Below, piece by piece: positions 36,338 to 49,559 of a DNA stretch of 64,000 nt; position 1 is the stretch's first letter, and each line of letters opens with the position of its first letter. The translations under genes and the position numbers were made by a program. This stretch comes from Microthyrium microscopicum (taxonomy: Eukaryota), in assembly GCA_010405405.1 (NCBI GenBank), contig MU004244.1, positions 561,895 through 625,894 on the forward strand, written 5' to 3'. The notes below the pieces were generated by a model. The model saw nothing but the letters and a program-made list of their open reading frames with translations. It made no database searches and was not told the origin of the DNA.

Positions 36338-37030
36338 GCATCCGTCCGTCTAATGATTGAGAGGAGTTGGTGTATCTTGGATATTCCAATGCGCGCGAGA
36401 GAACCCGCGGCGCTGGAGCAGATAACGATCTATCTGTTGGGCAGGTCCATTGCAATGGACTTCTGGCAGTGTGAGAGAATGATAAGGATCTAGAGGACGC
36501 CTGGTATGTATGGGTGGGTTATAAAGTTGATCAAGTGTCTGAAGTGGGGAAGCTGGAGTACAAGCGGGCACGAGGAAGAGCTGTCGCGTGGGCGGAGGCG
36601 GAGATTCAAGGATTGTGTTGGGACTAGGGATTGGCTCAATGGGTAAGCTTTTCAGGACGATATTGGGGCCTTTGGCGTGCGGTCTGGTGAGCGGAGATTT
36701 TGATGACTAACAAGTTGAGAGGAGAGGCAGTTTAGATCGCCAAGATGGAGGTTTTCGACGAAGAGTGATAGAAAGCGAGCTGAGTTGAAAGCATTGAGGG
36801 ATATCAAAATCAATGGATTTGCAAGATGACGTTGGACTGGCTGACTGGCTACAACTTGCCCTCCCGTGCTCTCCCGGCTCTACGAAGAACTAACCCCAAA
36901 CGATCATAGTGGGTTCATTACCACTGACTAAGCACCCTAAAGGCTCAACTTCATCTTTTGTTCCAACCCATTGGCAACATTGGACACTTGAAGATATCCA
37001 AACTCTCACCTCAATACTCTCACAATCGCC
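36338..37030. promoter_or_regulatory. Putative bidirectional promoter region between the NAD+ carrier and QCR7
   Basis: Two mitochondrial genes lie head-to-head about 0.7 kb apart. ATTGG (reverse CCAAT) motifs occur near 36630 and 36970. Confidence 0.4.
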
Positions 37031-37609
37031 ATGCCTCTCTTCACTAAAGGCTATACTGCCTTCACCAGGGCTGTCGCCAAACCCGTTGCGAACTCTTCCC
37101 TTCTGACATCCATGGCTAACGCCATTCAAAGCGCTGCTGGCTACCGAGCTCTCGGCTTAAGGTACGATACAATCTTGGAGCAACCAATTGCCTCCTCAAT
37201 GGCATGAAAGACAAGCTGGCTAACTTAGTTTCTTCTTCCAGAGCCGACGATTTAATCCCAGAGGAGAACGAGGTCGTTCAAAAAGCCCTCAGCCGCCTAT
37301 CACCTCAAGAACATTACGACCGTGTATTCCGCCTTCGACGAGGTTTCCAAGTACATACATACCACTCCGAATGTCAATCACTTTTCTAACGAGTTTGTAG
37401 CTGTCGCTAGCACACCACCTTCTCCCTCCCCATGAACAGACCAAGCCAGAAGAAGTACACGCGCCCAAAGATCGATTGCTGGTTTGCACATAACTTACTA
37501 TTATCAGGATATCTGCTACCTATCTCCATACATTGCCGAAATAGAAGCCGAGAACCAGGAACGCGAGGATTTAGATGCGGTCATAGTCGAACGGAAAGCT
37601 AAATCATAA
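37031..37609 (+). CDS. QCR7: Cytochrome bc1 complex subunit 7, 4 exons
   Basis: [29 protein letters not shown]...[51 protein letters not shown]. Confidence 0.95.
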
Positions 37610-38239
37610 ACTCCTAATGTTGTACAGCAGTGTCTGAAAGTTGAGCCTATTTGGGGCATAGGTCGTCGAAGAGTTTCATGGCCTCTCGGAAGTGAATACA
37701 AATCTCATACACAATTCATCTTGAGTTCTTTGGATTGCTTGCGATTCTAAAATCGCGATTCTTTTGCAATGAGGTAGCCAAGTGCATGTAGGTTCCTTTC
37801 GCCACTAGCGATCTCAGTGATCCTTTTACATCGCAGAGTAAGGGAATAAAGCCCTGGAGGTTCTGGCTGTTTCTTCGTCAACTATCAAATCTAGCGAGTA
37901 GACAAAGACTAACAGTCTCGAGATTTTGCTCAAGACGACTTCAGCCTCAAAATGGCCATCTTGAAGGATCTGTCCATTGACCAATCAGCTAGTTTCGCGC
38001 AAAGCGCATAACAGCACGCCGTAACGCTCAGCCTGACGCGCATCTCAACTGTTCTTCTCCTGTGCTGGCTTCCTCGACCTGTGCTCATCAGAAAAACACA
38101 GATAATTGTCTGCGACTGTCTCTTGTCTCTGTGCTACCTCAAACATTCCCACTCCACATTTACATGTGCCTTTCAGCACCTACCTGTAGCTAAGCTCTAC
38201 CTCATAGAAGGTTCGAATCTCACGGAGCGCCCTGGCCCA

Positions 38240-41200
38240 ATGGAAGATAGGCTTCATGACAAGCCTTGCTCCGGAAAGGAAGAAATCGGTCGCTGGGCGT
38301 ACGTAAACAATATTCAGTGAATAATGATGACATTGGCTAATTACGTGGAAAGGTCCGACAAACCCGCCATTGTCACTTGTCTCAACTGTGGTATGTCTCA
38401 GTAGTACCTTGAAGGCCATTTCATTTCGATGTCAAATCTGACCCTACTGTTAGGTCTTCGCTATATACAAGACATTCACTCCAAACGACCAGTAACTCTC
38501 CAGGACCCATGCGGAGCCTGCACTAGGCTGGTATCTCGCGGCGGCGCTGACAACAAACCAACACTTGAGCCGAGAGTGCCTGAGGCGGCGCAAACGGTAG
38601 CACGATTAGGGATATCGGCCCATCAGGGCCCTCCGCGGCCCAGCAGCATAATGCTGAGGGATCCAAAAGATTTTATGCCATACAGTGATGGAAATAAAAA
38701 GGACGTGTACGATGATGAGATGCTGACCTACGCATCCAATCAATCAACGTCACCTTCTTCAGAAGTTCCTGGTCTTGTGCATCGGATAGGAAGACCGATG
38801 AAACGAGCACCTATAATTCGCGCACCGCGAAGTGTGCCGGAGGTCGAGATCGCTGCTGTAGCCCCAGCTCCCACGAAAGGCTTACCCTGGGCGCTCCCAA
38901 GCTCGAATCCAAGTGTGGAAAACTACACAGATCCTGCGTCAGAAGACGAAGAACTATGGTCCAGAAGCAGTCGGGGTCGCAGCTTGTATTCTGTGGCCGA
39001 CAGCTCCTCCACAAGAAACAGCGTCTTGACAATTTCCAGCAGAAGCAGTGTCTCGACCACCAATTTCATACCGACTTCCTGGCCTTTGCCGTCGGTTACA
39101 TTGGCTGCAGAAAGCCTCTCTCCGGCACCAGAATTGACAGTCTCCCACACAGATATGATGGCGCGCAAAGCACGTTTGGAAATAAAAGGTTTATTCGAAG
39201 TACTAAACAACTTAATACCACCAATGGCTACTGGAAAATCCTCCAGGATACAAGTTTTGACGAAAGGTAAGCTGACATCATGTAAAACGTTATGAGCTAT
39301 CTGACAGTCAACATAGCCATCAATTTCGTCCGAGAAACAACGATGGAGAGTACCGCTTCCCAAACGCGCTTTGAGCCCTTTCCAAAATCGGGTTCTTTGC
39401 AAACACGTAGCCAATTTACACAACGTGACAGCTTGACCGCTTTACGCGCCGGACTATACTATGCTGCCAAACAGAGCTACGCACGCCAACCTTCAAAACT
39501 CCAGGACTCGTCTCGCCCGGGTACTGTTGACCGTGGTCCTGGAATTATGCCAGAGTCTCCCTTATGTGAATCAGCCTTCATAACTTCGATACCCAGCAGT
39601 TCAGTTATCGTCCAAGCCATTTCTGGTCCACACACTTACCATCCGCCTCACGCTACTTCTAATTCTGAGGAACCGACTCTAGGACACTGCACTGAGTTGA
39701 AGCCTGTGAGTGACCACTTCAGCTTACATGATGCGACATCAGATTTGAAAGAATCAGACAAAAATGTGGTGTACAACACAAACTCAACAGTTGTAGACGC
39801 CTTACTTGCGACCTCTATGTCAGATCCAGATAGTCCTTCCATATCAAGCCAGTCCACTGAAATGAAGCAACCTGCTCCACAAATGAATGCCAAGGAGGGT
39901 AGTCGCAAAACGCATCACACAGCGGAGTCTTCCGTCTCACAGGAGGCAGGCCGGTCTAGGGAGGTCAATAGCGAGGGAGAGGATGGGTGTTGCGAAAACC
40001 TGTCAAAAGCATATTCCCAGCACGAGCGCAGTACATCGTCAGTCTTGGACAGCAACGGGAGCTCAGGAGATGAGAGTGCCAACAGTAAATCATCGATAAG
40101 CCAGTCAAGTAGTACTCAATCGAATACATCTTCTGCTTGGAACGAACGACCAACCACGCCAGAACAAGAAGAAGCTTTGTCCAAAATTTTGAGTCCTTGG
40201 AGGAGCAACATCCTTGGTCGATTAATGGTCGATTTCCATTCTCTTCTCGGCCAAAGCATTGATTGTAATACGGAAACTGCTGATACCAGTGGTAACAAAT
40301 CATCCGCCCCTTCAGATAGTAGCTCGGCCTCCAGGGAGATCAGAGATCTCCAAAGTAACGAACATTCTCGAGTCGCCAAACGCTCTAAAGATTGGGCAAA
40401 CAATCGGGAGGACGAGGAAGCCAGCGAGACTGAAGAAAAACAACCCCCAAAGAAGTCAAGGACATCTGAGGAGATGAATTCATTTCTGCTCAAATTGGCC
40501 TGTCCGTATTACAAACGAAACCCAGAGGTCCACAAAACCTGGAAGTCGTGCTCCGGCCCTGGGTTCGTTTCTGTACACCGCCTGAAGTGAGTTCAACCGT
40601 TTTAGGATGCGCTCATCACAAGTCTAATATGCCCACAGAGAACATTTGTATCGACGCCATGCCCTACGCATGCATTGCCCTCGATGTTGGCAGCTTTTCA
40701 AGAACGATGGTGAAGTTGATCTGCACCTTCGAAGTAAAAACATATGCGAGATAGAGGAAACCAAAACCCTTGAAGGATTTGATAAAGCTCAAGAAGCCTG
40801 CCTCAAGAGTCGCAAACGAACTAATCTTTCTGAAGTCGAGAGATGGAAAGACATATACCGCATTTTGTTCCCTGAAGATCCCAGCGACAGTGTTCCTTCA
40901 CCTTGTAAGATCTTTTCTGATATACCTTATCTTATGAGCTCAACAGCTGATGTTAAAAGTTTATGAAATCTCCAACGCCGAAGACGAAGCAGCATGGCAA
41001 CGGCTTAAGCAAGATGAAATATGCAGATACGAAAGCTTTCTGGGGAAGGAGCTTCCACGCTTAGTTCGAAGTGAGCTAAATAGCCGTTTATCGCACAGCA
41101 CATCTGTAGTAGAAGAGTTTCTACGCTCGCAGCTTGTTGAGATTGTACGTGACTGCCAAGTCAAGGCCTTCAAGTCCTATCAAGGTTTTGATTCCCCAGA

Positions 41201-41600
41201 TGCCATAAGCAAGGAGCCGAACCAATTTTCTTCGGTGACCGCAACAGAGAATTCCAGCTCCATGTTACATACTTTCTTGCAAGACTCGATTGCTTCTGAG
41301 TCTCTACTTAGCCACCAGACTCCTCTAGCAGCATATGCTCCTGTACAAGAAACGCTGGAGACAGTTGTCCCTTTGACAGCTTTCATGCCGTCCAGCTTCA
41401 CTGCAGCAGGGTCCTTTTCAGGCAAAAAGCAGAACAACCGGTCGGACTCTGGCTATGGCTCACAATTCGATTTTCCGGAACCCGCTCCTGCCAGTGAGCA
41501 ATGTGAGAAGTTGGTCGATTCTACTGGAAACAATCTTTGGCTTGAGCTTGAGTATGACAACATTCTATCTTTCATACAAGAAGAGGATGGCGAGGAATAG
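38240..41600 (+). CDS. Multi-domain putative regulator: CX2C-X19-CX2C finger, degenerate bHLH and C2H2-type (ACPYYK) module, 6 exons
   Basis: Spliced TCLNC/GLRYIQDIHSKRPVTLQDPCGAC; SHTDMMARKARLEIKGLFEVLNNLIP...KSSRIQVLTK/AINFV; LACPYYKRNP...CSGPGFVSVHRLK/EHLYRRH...CPRCWQLF...HLR...WKDIYRILFP. Confidence 0.75.
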
Positions 41601-42159
41601 TTCTGGTCATTTATGAGGCCTACAGGGTTGGATAACTGGCACCTAAGGGTGTGCCTATCTATTTCAGAGGCTTTTCAAAAGCTAGAGCCGGCACTTTTTC
41701 GAAAGATCTTGATGTCAATGGCATCTCTGAAAAAGATCTACCGATTAGTATTATATGTCAAAAAGCTGGTCTTTGAGACTTAACAACCTATCTTTGTGTT
41801 GAGATTGAACGGAGCAGTACAAATAATCGTGGAGTGCTCCTCTTGTCTGAGTTAATATAACAAAACCGGGTTTGCAATTGGCATTGACCACACTTAAGAT
41901 GCTTGTCACCCTACTCGAGGCATTCGTCCTCGATAATCATCCGTCTAGTTTTCCGCGAATTACAACTGACCAACGGTCTTGAACCGATGCGTGTCTGATA
42001 CGTCAGATTCCCCAGCGGTCAATCTACTTCCACGCTTAACAGGGCAGGCGATAGCAACAGTACCTGGCATATATATTCAGTCTTTTCGTGAACGTGCTTC
42101 TCTTGAACGTTTCGGTGCGAGTTCAACTGATCTACGATATATATCCACCTATATACAGG

Positions 42160-42960
42160 ATGTTGTGGCACACAAACCTTCTGCTGCTGGCAGCAACCGC
42201 CCAAGCCCATTGTAAGATATTCACTTCATGTTATCGAAGTATACTGACCAGCATAGACAAATTCTCAAAACTAGTAATCAACGGTGTCCCAGAAGCAAAA
42301 GAATGGACCGCCGTACGCCAGACAAAAAGCTATCAGAGCAATCAAGGCGTCGACAACGTCAGTAGTCCCGACATGCGATGTTTCCAGCGACAACCAGGTA
42401 CTGCAACTGCAAGAGTCGCCACTGGGGAAAAGCTCGGTTTCGCTGCAAGTGCTGAAGTAAATCATATTGGACCTGTATCCTTCTATATGGCAAAGGTCCC
42501 GGAGGGCGCAAATATCAATACGTGGGAGCCGGCTGGAAAGGTGTTCTTCAAAGTTGGTGCTATTGATGCTGTTGGGGCGCCGAAACTTACTTCGACGGCG
42601 GCAACATGGCCTGCATATAGTAAGTGTTTCTCTGCTATCGACTCGATATCGGGAAGAAGCTAATTATTTATCTTTGCAGCCAAGAAGATAGTTGATTTTA
42701 CGGTACCCAAAGCCTTGCCCAATGGGAAATACATTGTTCGTGTTGAAAGCATTGCTCTTCATCAAGCTTCATACAAGGGCGGAGCCCAGATATATCTCGC
42801 TTGTGGACAAGTGGAAGTCACAGGTGGTGGAAATGGAAAGCCCAGTCCGTTGGTTGCTTTCCCAGGAGCGTACAACGCGGACGACCCGGGTTTATCATGG
42901 TCGTACTATCCCGTGAGAACTAGCTATACTGCTCCTGGCCCTCCAGTTTGGCATGGATAG
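42160..42960 (+). CDS. AA9 lytic polysaccharide monooxygenase, no CBM, 3 exons
   Basis: Signal peptide ending AQA, then His1 (H/YKF); NHIGP; RVESIALHQA; GAQIYLACGQ; VAFPGAY; PGPPVW. Confidence 0.95.
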
Positions 42961-43173
42961 GAGGGAGAGTCGTCTTATCATGGTACATTGTGATCAAATA
43001 CTCTGTAAGGATCATGAATTGTACAAATAGAGTTCAGCTGGTCGTCAACCCAGATTGACAATATGTCACCATGTCATTGCTTTCGATGCCTATATAGGTA
43101 GCACTACCATATTTGACTAAAGGTCTTAGTGAAGTCAACAAAGAAAGCATTCAAGGACTCATTCTTAATGCCT

Positions 43174-44894
43174 CTAGTGATCTGCATGATCGTGGACCCG
43201 ATGAAGACGACATTCCAAGCATACTTGAATATGACATCGGCGACATCGAAGAACCCATTTCTTAGGCCTGCAGTCACAAATTTCGCAAACAAACCTGGGT
43301 CCGTCTACTCGATTGATCCGCTCAAATTTTCCAGGGTGGTTGCATTCGTGCTGGTCAATCAATTCTTGCCTCATTTCGACAACACGGACCTGCTGCTCTT
43401 CAGGCTGTAGAGGATGAACTGCCTCTCTTGCGACCACCTCTTCGGCTCTTGCAAGCAGCTGAGCCTCTTCCCAGACCGGACACTCGCATTTTTTCCATTC
43501 AACAGCGCATCTGTAGCAAAAGTGGTAGTTACACTTGCAACTGAAACCGATAGTTAGAGACAGTTGACATATTTTCAGACAACCACCTACGTGATGTGGT
43601 AACAACCAACGTTCAGCTCCACCATTGTGTTGCACGAAGGACATCGTTGCCATCCAAGCTCTTTGGCCAAGGCTAGTGTCGCGAGAAGTTCTTGATCAGC
43701 TTGACACACTCCATCGTGAGAAGGTTTCTTGCAATGAACACAAGTCTTGGTCTGACAATCACCGCAGCAGGCGAAACCATCCTCCCCAATATGCGCGGGT
43801 GGGACAAACGTTCCGCAACTAGACTTGCTGCAGTATGTTCTGTTCACCGTGGTGAATTCTACTTGCGCATTGTGGAACATTTGCCGCTCATTTGGAGTCA
43901 TCGCAGGGGATATAAATCGCAGCGGGATATCTTGACCGCAGCATTTCGGGTGGAACAGGCTTTCATCCTTAGCTGAGCTAAGGAATAGCTCTTTCAGGCA
44001 GTTTTTGCAGTAGATATGATCGCAAGGGACTATCAGCATGTCTTCAGGAGAGCTTTGCTCCATACACGCAATGCATGGCAGTTGGTATTCAGGTATGTTG
44101 TTATCGTCTTGCTTGTGGCGCTTTTCGCAATTGGTTGACGGATCAAGACCGGACTGTGAAAGATATGGATTAGCGGGTAGAACTGAACAGGATCGGGCTA
44201 GTCGATTACTTCAGACTCATCGACATCGAAGGTAAACAGTCGCTTGGCTACTCGATGCAAGATGAGTTCCTAAACTTCCCCGTTAGCTTGCGTAGGACAT
44301 CAAGGATGTAGCTGGTCAGTAAAAAGGTAAGAGAGGCAGAAGATCACGAAGCTCTGTTGCAATTGCTCCAGCATACTAAATGAGTCTCCCAGCCAACCGC
44401 AAACCGTTTCATGGGGAACTTACGATGTCTTGTTGAGCAGTCTTTCTCTTTCCCAAGTCTCCTTGCTCCTTTGGCTGAGCGTGAACAGGTCCGTCTTCCA
44501 CTTCGGCAGGCAAAATCAAGGGCGCCGGGTTCGCTTCTCCGTTCTGCTCACCCGGAGCGTTGACTACTCGATCAGGCTCCTGAACAGCACGACCTTCTCG
44601 AAAGGGCTCCTGAACAACAATGGCAACACCGCTAACATTGCCGCGTGGATGCTCAGCCCCAGCAAGACCACATGCGTACTGCTTATCATCCAGGACTTGT
44701 ACACGTTGTTGAAGTTCATTCTGAAAGCTTAACAAGGCCAGTAAACTGTCAGACGGTGGTGCTCCTTCTCTTGCTTGGCGCATGCCGTAGCTCACCTGAG
44801 CCCCGACATCTTCCAACTGCAAAGTAAGGGCGACGAGCTCGTCATTGACACCACCATTGGCAGGTAAAGGATTGTCTTGCGGCGGGCGATTCAT
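43174..44894 (-). CDS. RBR (RING-IBR-RING) E3 ubiquitin ligase with extra C-terminal Cys-rich module, 4 exons
   Basis: RING1 CIAC...PCDHIYCKNCL...PKCC; IBR RTYCSKSSCG...CGDC..TCVHCK..H; RING2 WQRCPSC...GCYHIT/CKCNYHFCYRC; C-terminal CNH...CEIC...CRRC...CLEC. Confidence 0.9.
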
Positions 44895-45752
44895 CTTTGA
44901 TACAAAATCGAAAGAGAAAAAGAGAAGTGAAGTTACACATGAAGATGGGGATGGGAGCCTAAAGGACGGCTGATCAGTCTGCACGCTTCATGTTTCGTTC
45001 GCTCTTGCCTATCTTGTTGTTGATGTGTCTACTGACTTGATCGCTCCTGCTCCAGGCCTGGGAGCTTTTCGCAGGGTACTGAACCTCTTCTCTACCCAGA
45101 AAATCATAAAGGAGATAGTTTCAACCATATTACGACCTGGATCATACATGGGTGTAGCCAAAGGCAGTCTGAAGTCAGTACGCTGGTGACATTTTTGAGC
45201 AACGATTTACCACAATCTGGCTTGATCACTTCAAACTCTGTAGAAAAACATTGGTAGGGCTTGAAGAGACGTTGAAACTACTATCTTGCGCCTTCATACC
45301 ATGTGCTACTGGTTACGATGGATTTGGTATGTTGAGTGCTCAACGTAGTGTACATACTGTGCTCTTATCATGAGACTTGACAGAGTCAAAGTAAAGGAGA
45401 AGATCAATGGCAATATTGAGACATGCTAGTCGAGGCGTTGGGTACGGTTGAATAGCCAAACGCCATGCTTCAGATATCTCAACGCGTGATACACTTTTTA
45501 GGATATTATCGCAAGTACGCAGTTGAGGAGCATCGAGGGAAAGGAGCTGAGAATTTGAGAAGAGTTGAGCAGTTGAGATTTAAATGTTCACCTCGAAACA
45601 CCGCTAACCTCGTTCAGACTAGCCTCAGCCACCAGTTTTGCTTCTTCCACCAAAATAATCGAGCCCTCCCCGCCCTTGCACCTCAATTCAGCGCTTATTC
45701 GCCAACCTTGCATTTTCAGCCTTTTAGGCTATCGCCACTCTCCTTTCGCAGT

Positions 45753-47341
45753 ATGGAAGTCATTACAGCGTTGGATAACGATATTGCAGCGCTTACAGCT
45801 CAGTTGCAAGAGATTCGGGTATTTAATAAGCAGTCAAAGGGCAAGCATGCGCTCAACAACCTACCTGACCACGAAATCGCATCATCTGCTTTCCACTCAG
45901 AAGTCGAACAAACGATTACTTCACTGCTCAACCTAAGAATTGCTCATTATATCGCCAACGACCTCCCTATTCCAGCAGCGATTGAACACGCCAGCATCTT
46001 GGATGACGAGCTGAATGGTATCTCAGCTTTGTCTATAATCGACCAGGAAGACGAAGATGACCCATTAGTTGGCCTGCCCGGCCCATCCACTACCGCCCCA
46101 ACGTCCCATTGTGTAGCCTGTTACTCTCAACTTCCTCTGGGTGATATCATCCGAACACCTTGTGGCGACCATTATTGTGGAGACTGTCTGAAGGAGCTGT
46201 TCTTGCTGGCCACCAAAGACGAAAACTACTTCCCTCCACGTTGCTGCCGACAAAAAGTCCCAATTGAGCTTATCACGCCAGTTCTATCTCCCGAAGAATT
46301 GAAAGCTTTTCAGTCAGCATCCATCGAGTTCACCACCAAGAACCGACTATATTGCAGCAATGTGGGCTGCGGAAAATTCCTTGCTCCACCCACGGCTTCA
46401 GGTCTGGACGTTGTGACGTGCGATAAATGCTTGTCTCAGACATGCATTCAGTGCAAGAAAGCTGAACATACTGGGTAAGGTGCTCACTTGTCATATCTTT
46501 TTGACGACATACAAAGATACCAAAACCTCCAGTGGTTCCGGTCCCATTCGACGGCTCCCATATCTTGTTGTGGAAGTACTTCGAGTTATGGACACTATCT
46601 CCTCAACACTGTGCCAGGATATCATGATTCTAGACTAACAAGGTCTAGTGACTGCCCCGAAGATGAGGCTTTGCAAGCTACACTTGTACTAGCCGCGGAG
46701 ATGAATTGGCAGCGTTGCAACGCTTGCAAATCGATGATTGAACTGGACACTGGCTGCTACCACATGCGGTAAGCTATGCGTTGCAAGTTTCTGTCTTATA
46801 CTAATATACTGGAAAATTAGTTGCAAATGCGGTCATCAATTCTGCTATATCTGCGGCGTTGAGTGGAAGAAGTGTCGCTGTGCGCAGTGGGATGAGAATC
46901 GATTGGTCGCTAGAGCCAACGTGATTGTCAATCGAGAGCCAGCCGGAAGACGACGTATGGCACCAGCAGAGCGGGCTCAACGTATGGGAGTGGTGAGACA
47001 GGAGCTGATCGAACGACATCAATGCACTCATCCGCGACGACTTGAGAAGATTGAGCGCCAACGTCCAGAACACGGTAAGCTTCCCTTTCTTCCAGACCCT
47101 TTTATTGTCCCCTTTCATCCCCAAATTATGTGATGGCTCTTACCGGATTCGATGAATCCCATCTCAATCTCGCTAATGACTTCCAGGTGCCAACTGGCCG
47201 GGCTTCCAATGCGAGATGTGTAACTCTAGACTGTTCTATCACATTCTACGTTGTACTCGATGCCACATTCAGGTCTGTGACCGATGCCGACGCAACCGAA
47301 TTGCTGCACGAGATGATGATGATGATGACGATGTTTGGTAA
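45753..47341 (+). CDS. RBR E3 ubiquitin ligase, paralogue of 43174-44894, 4 exons
   Basis: CVAC...PCGDHYCGDCL...PPRCC; RLYCSNVGCG...CDKC..TCIQCKK.EH; WQRCNAC...GCYHMR/CKCGHQFCYIC; last exon FQCEMC...CTRC...CDRCRRNR. Confidence 0.9.
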
Positions 47342-47410
47342 TTTACAAAACATACGACTCTTGGGTAATGAAAAAAAGTCTATTAGACCATGTACAAATA
47401 TCATACACTC

Positions 47411-48541
47411 TCAGTATTCTTCAGCTTCTTTCATTGCGCCTGTACCTGTCTCCCCAAAGTCCCGTGAACGAGGCCTAGAATGGTCAGCCGTTGCTCAAGT
47501 TATGTCACACCTGCTCGTCCAATGCTGATGTTGTCGCCACTTCAAAGGCCAGAAGAGGAAAAACACTGCACATACTAACCTTACCATATCAGTCAACTGA
47601 CTGAGAGCCCAGAACTCAATTTTTAATTGAAAAGCCCCCTGAAATCCCTGGAGTAGGCATCAGTACGGTCCATTCCTAAATCTCAATTGCACAACTCACC
47701 GACCAGCAGACTCGCAAAGGAACTTTCCCTACGCACTCCATAGTGATACTTCTGTGACACAGGTTAGCTACCAACAGTGGCTAGGAAGGGCCTGCTCCGA
47801 AAAGTAAAGATCGAGCATTTGACTTATCGATACATGTGAGGCAAGTCTAATAGAAAACTCTAGATGTTTTTTTGCAGGAGATTCTTACCCAGCATGTATC
47901 AGTATTATACAAACATTTGCATAGATCAGATGATAGAGGGTACGCCGCGCCCCCACAGATGTTTTCTTGTCCAACATCCTCATGACACAACTGATGTAGA
48001 GTAGTGCGATGATGATTTGAACAGCCGCGTATATAGAAACTTCAATCCTAGCAAAAACACCGTCTATGCGAAGCCAGAGTGGGTTGAAGCTAGTGAATGC
48101 CCCAGTTGCAAATACAGCAGTAGGTATCATGACGAATATAACGTGACCGATACACAACAGCTTGAAAAATATCATGATTCGTTGCCCGGGGTTGACGAGA
48201 GATAATCGGGAATAAAGGACTAGAAACTCTGTTGGAGTGTAAGTCAAGTAACCTACATTGAGCAATAGTGTTGAAACCCAGAGTTTGGCCCTTCCAATGA
48301 GGAAATAAAAAGTCAGGAGGCCCATGATCCAAACGGTTCCACCGAGGGTGGCAACGACCACTGACCAGAAGTAAAGTCCTCGTTTTTGCCTGAATCGCGA
48401 CAAGGTGAGAACTAAGACTTCTAACGATGATAGGAGACCCATGGCGATGAAACTGCCCATTATCACATAATCGTTCTGTGTTGGCTTCCAGGGGTCACTG
48501 GATATCGCATAGTTGCCGTCGTTGTCTGTCGTCCTAGGCAT
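47411..48541 (-). CDS. Fungal integral membrane protein (about 7 TM), 4 exons
   Basis: RFRQKRGLYFWSVVVAT, LVLYSRL, then spliced exons GSITMECVG...CWS/GFQGAFQLKIEFWALSQLTDMV/RPRS...EEY*. This matches the widespread fungal family with a KLEF..L.QL motif. Confidence 0.75.
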
Positions 48542-49559
48542 GTTGAGCTAAGATCTGTTGGTACCAGTTTTAGGTAATTGATGAATCAAGGGGTGTACAA
48601 TAGGAAGTTCTTGTCCAGTCACTGAGACATCAAAATAAATTGAGACGGTTTGAGACAGAATTATGATTTATGGAAGATGTGATATACAGAAAAGGAGCCG
48701 AGAAGTCATCAGGGAGTTAAACGTAGTGAAGGTATCATGAGGCGAATTGAAGTTGCGAGTAGCATATTCCACTGTACTTCAGATACCATGATGGAAATCA
48801 CCCCTACTACTTACCGTAGTTGCTTTTAAGCTATGATTTTGATGATGTTATAGGTCACAGCTGGGCCCCGAGATCGTTATGCGGGAACAGCTATAGCTAG
48901 ACTACCAGAACTATCATTCGGTTAAATGACATCCGCTTGGAGAAAACTTTTGTGGATGTAGCAGTATTTCTTTCAAGGTCGCTGCTTTCAAAGTTCTAAG
49001 AAATCCAAAGTATTCTATGGCATCAAGATAACAACAGCACTAACCTTGAACGCAAAAGTTTTTAATCGTCATCCAAGAAAATGAGGTCAAATGGGGATGT
49101 TCTTCGTCATTGACGATTAGCGTGCCATGAATCGTACGATGAGCCAGCACGAAAAGACTACAAACATCTCCGGATAGTTGAATTTCACCTACTAAATTGA
49201 GTAAGAAACTTATCCAACTAATATGCGCACGAAATCGTGGGTGAAGGCGTGCCATCTGTCTTGCCGATTTCATGGGTGATGATACTTGAGGGATTCTTAG
49301 GAGCTGGCCTCATATGTATTTATGAATACCTGCCCATATTGGAAGCGGTCAAACGTAATTTGCCGTGATAGCATCTATCATATCAATGTATTATTATTTG
49401 CTGAACGGCAGCCAGGTTTCTCTAGCGATGGTGAACATCTAAAAGCATAACATACTTCGTTTTTGCTGACCAAGTGGACGTAATTCTGTGTCCATCGTAG
49501 TAGACGGGCCAGAGAACATAGAACGTCTATTTATATAACGTGTAATGGCATCCAACTGT

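Noticed and set aside
45465..45752. 96-aa N-terminal extension of the second RBR ORF
   Set aside because: Similarity to the paralogue begins at MEVITALD (45753). The extension looks like promoter or UTR sequence.
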